From assembly GCF_038025025.1 (NCBI RefSeq), contig NW_027117350.1:1178001-1242000 (forward strand): a DNA stretch of 64,000 nt, in the 5' to 3' direction. The stretch's first letter is position 1; each line of letters starts with the position of its first letter. Positions 62,001-64,000 of this stretch are shown here, piece after piece. The DNA is from Phyllosticta citribraziliensis (Eukaryota). The notes under the pieces were generated by a model. The model saw only the letters and a program-made list of their open reading frames with translations, did no database searches and was not told where the DNA came from. Both the position numbers and the translations under genes were made by a program.

Positions 62001-64000
62001 TCGCACCGGTGTTGCCAAAAGCCGCTGGTCGGCGTGCGGTGCTGGGAGCAGCGGCTGGAGCAACGCCAGCTGGAGCTCCGGAAGCCTTGCGGCGGGCGAC
62101 GGCGTCGTAATCGCCACCGGGGAAGCTTTGGTCCCAAGTCATGGATTGATGAATGAGAGGTAGAGGTCAAGTCTTTTTTCTTTATCGTCACTGGGCTGGC
62201 AAAGCTTGCTTGGCCTTGACCTGGTGGGGGATGAGGTGGATGAGGTGGTGCCGGAGTGTGAGATTGCGAGCCAAGGTGGAGGACCTCTGCCACAGCGCTT
62301 GCATGCCGCGCAGGACATCAACGAGCTGCTCCACCTGTTGGTCGAGGCCGCTAAACGCAGCGCGCAGGCGCTCTTTGGCGGCGGCGACGGCTTCGACCCA
62401 CCTCGCATCCTGTCCCCGCACCACGGCCTCGAGGGAATCGATGCGACAACGGCCGTCTTGCTGCGGCGGCGGCTGCTGTGCTGTTGCTCCTCCTCCTACT
62501 TCGTCGGGTGATGGGATGGCTTTTCCGCCATGGCTCTCCGCAGCGTGTGCAGCAGCAAATGATGTGGACGGGAGTGAGGCTGAGGTGGTTGTCCGTAACA
62601 GATCACCTGCCGGCGGCTGTACGATGACCAATTCGTCCGGCTCGTTCAGCCTGAAGCCCCCCATCGCTCGCCCCCCGCTTTCGAGCTGAGGTATAAACGG
62701 GCAGGCACTGCGTTGGATGCAAGAGACCCCTATGCTGGTCCAGTCCACCTCCCCCCTTCTGGAAACTCTCTTTGGACCCGCTGGCAGCGCCCGTAGATAG
62801 ATAATGGCAATGGCAGCAAGGCCACGACCGGAGCAGCAGACACGTACATGTTGGACGCATAATAAATAGTAGAAGCAAGAGCGGCGTCCAGTGTCGACCA
62901 CGGGAGAAATTGGAGGAGGATAAGGACAAGGAGAATGACCAGGAGACGGCGTTGGCGAGAATGATTATTTGAAGGAAATAGCATAGTTCGACGTGGTTAA
63001 GCCGCCGCGGCCACTGACTTTGCGCGCGCCCAGAATTAGAACAGGAAGAAGACCCGTGATCCCGTTCCGGCTTCTTGCTGACTGGTACAGGCAGATGAGA
63101 TGAATCGGTGGAGCTTGTTGCACAAGGTCAAAGGGATATACGGACGAGTGAGTGGTGCAAGATATACAAAGAGTCGGGAGTTGGTGAATACGACCTGAGA
63201 AAAGACATCTCCACTTCCCAGCGGCAAGAGGGTTCGGAGGACCAAGGAGCAAGTACCGTGGTTGCGATGCTGGGTATGAGTGGAGGATTGAGGATGGGTA
63301 GAGGCTGAGGGCACAGGAAGGTGTAGTTCGTTGAAAGACCGCCAGTTTGCTTGCTGCTAAAGCTCTACAGGATGCGGGCCGCAAGACGTACATCGACCTT
63401 GCGATTTTGCTGCAACAGGACCCCAACTTCCCGTCGCACTTTGAGTAAGGACGCCTTGTTTTCTTCCGAAGGATCTTCATCGCATCGATTGACAAGTTGT
63501 CCAATGGCGACTGCGACGCTTGGTCCTAAAACGTCCTGTCTAGTAGTGTTTCATTTTGCGTCGTCTCATGAAGCATCCATCTTCTTGTCTAGCAGCGCCC
63601 TGTCAAGCGCGTAACGAATTGCTCAGATGAAGCAGAGGAAGAAGAGACTCATCGTCTCTCTAACGGCCGGCGTCGGACGTCGCCTGCTGGAAGAGACAGG
63701 GTTTGGTAATTTCGTCGTCTGATGCGCCTTTTTTGTGGTTCATCCAGAAGTTTCGGGGCACTTGACTTGAATTTTGGTGTTGTGTTTACTGAAGGATGCT
63801 AGATGCCGTACAAAACCATTGCAGCCACTGAAATAGTCTTCACTGTGAACATGATCTCCAGTCGGGATTTCCTCAGTGATATGGGGTACGGTGGCGATAG
63901 TCTTGGGGACCTTGATGCGTCGCGCCTCATCCTTCGCAGATGAGGGAAGCAAGCGCAGGACTCTGAGATTGGCGGTAGTGCACCAGTATTCGAGAGAGTA

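Noticed and set aside
62188..62901. Coiled-coil ORF as a kinetochore subunit
   Set aside because: Only a generic heptad pattern is present; there is no diagnostic motif and the start and exons are unclear.
25000..64000. Starship captain, transposase, reverse transcriptase or telomere repeats
   Set aside because: No recognisable tyrosine-recombinase, DDE or RT motifs and no TTAGGG arrays were seen; degenerate copies could have been missed.

Overview
This is fungal DNA (filamentous ascomycete): GC-rich, with short spliceosomal introns. The window has two distinct halves. (1) From 1 to ~24.9 kb lies the right-hand part of an epipolythiodioxopiperazine (ETP; gliotoxin/sirodesmin/verticillin-type) biosynthetic gene cluster. 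It contains a GliC-like P450, GliG-like GST, ABC half-transporter, second P450, O-methyltransferase, two-module GliP-like NRPS, GliI C-S lyase, GliK, GliT, a GNAT and an MBOAT acetyltransferase. Seven perfect GliZ-type TCGG-N3-CCGA sites (plus one near-match) sit in its promoters. (2) From ~25 to 64 kb lies an accessory, largely decayed region with pseudogene fragments and RIP-like AT patches, in which a few intact intron-containing genes survive. The most striking is a tail-to-tail pair: a highly divergent CenH3/CENP-A-like histone (50636-51148) and an Scm3(HJURP)-domain chaperone fused to two Myb repeats (51394-52275). The region also holds a stand-alone Brr6/Brl1-domain nuclear-envelope gene and four related arrays of quasi-palindromic repeats; two arrays carry many GTCACGTG and TGAGTCA sites and one has a 169-bp higher-order period. 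Together these suggest a possible second, self-contained centromere-specification/segregation module. That is inference. All family assignments come from motif recognition by eye; no database search was run.
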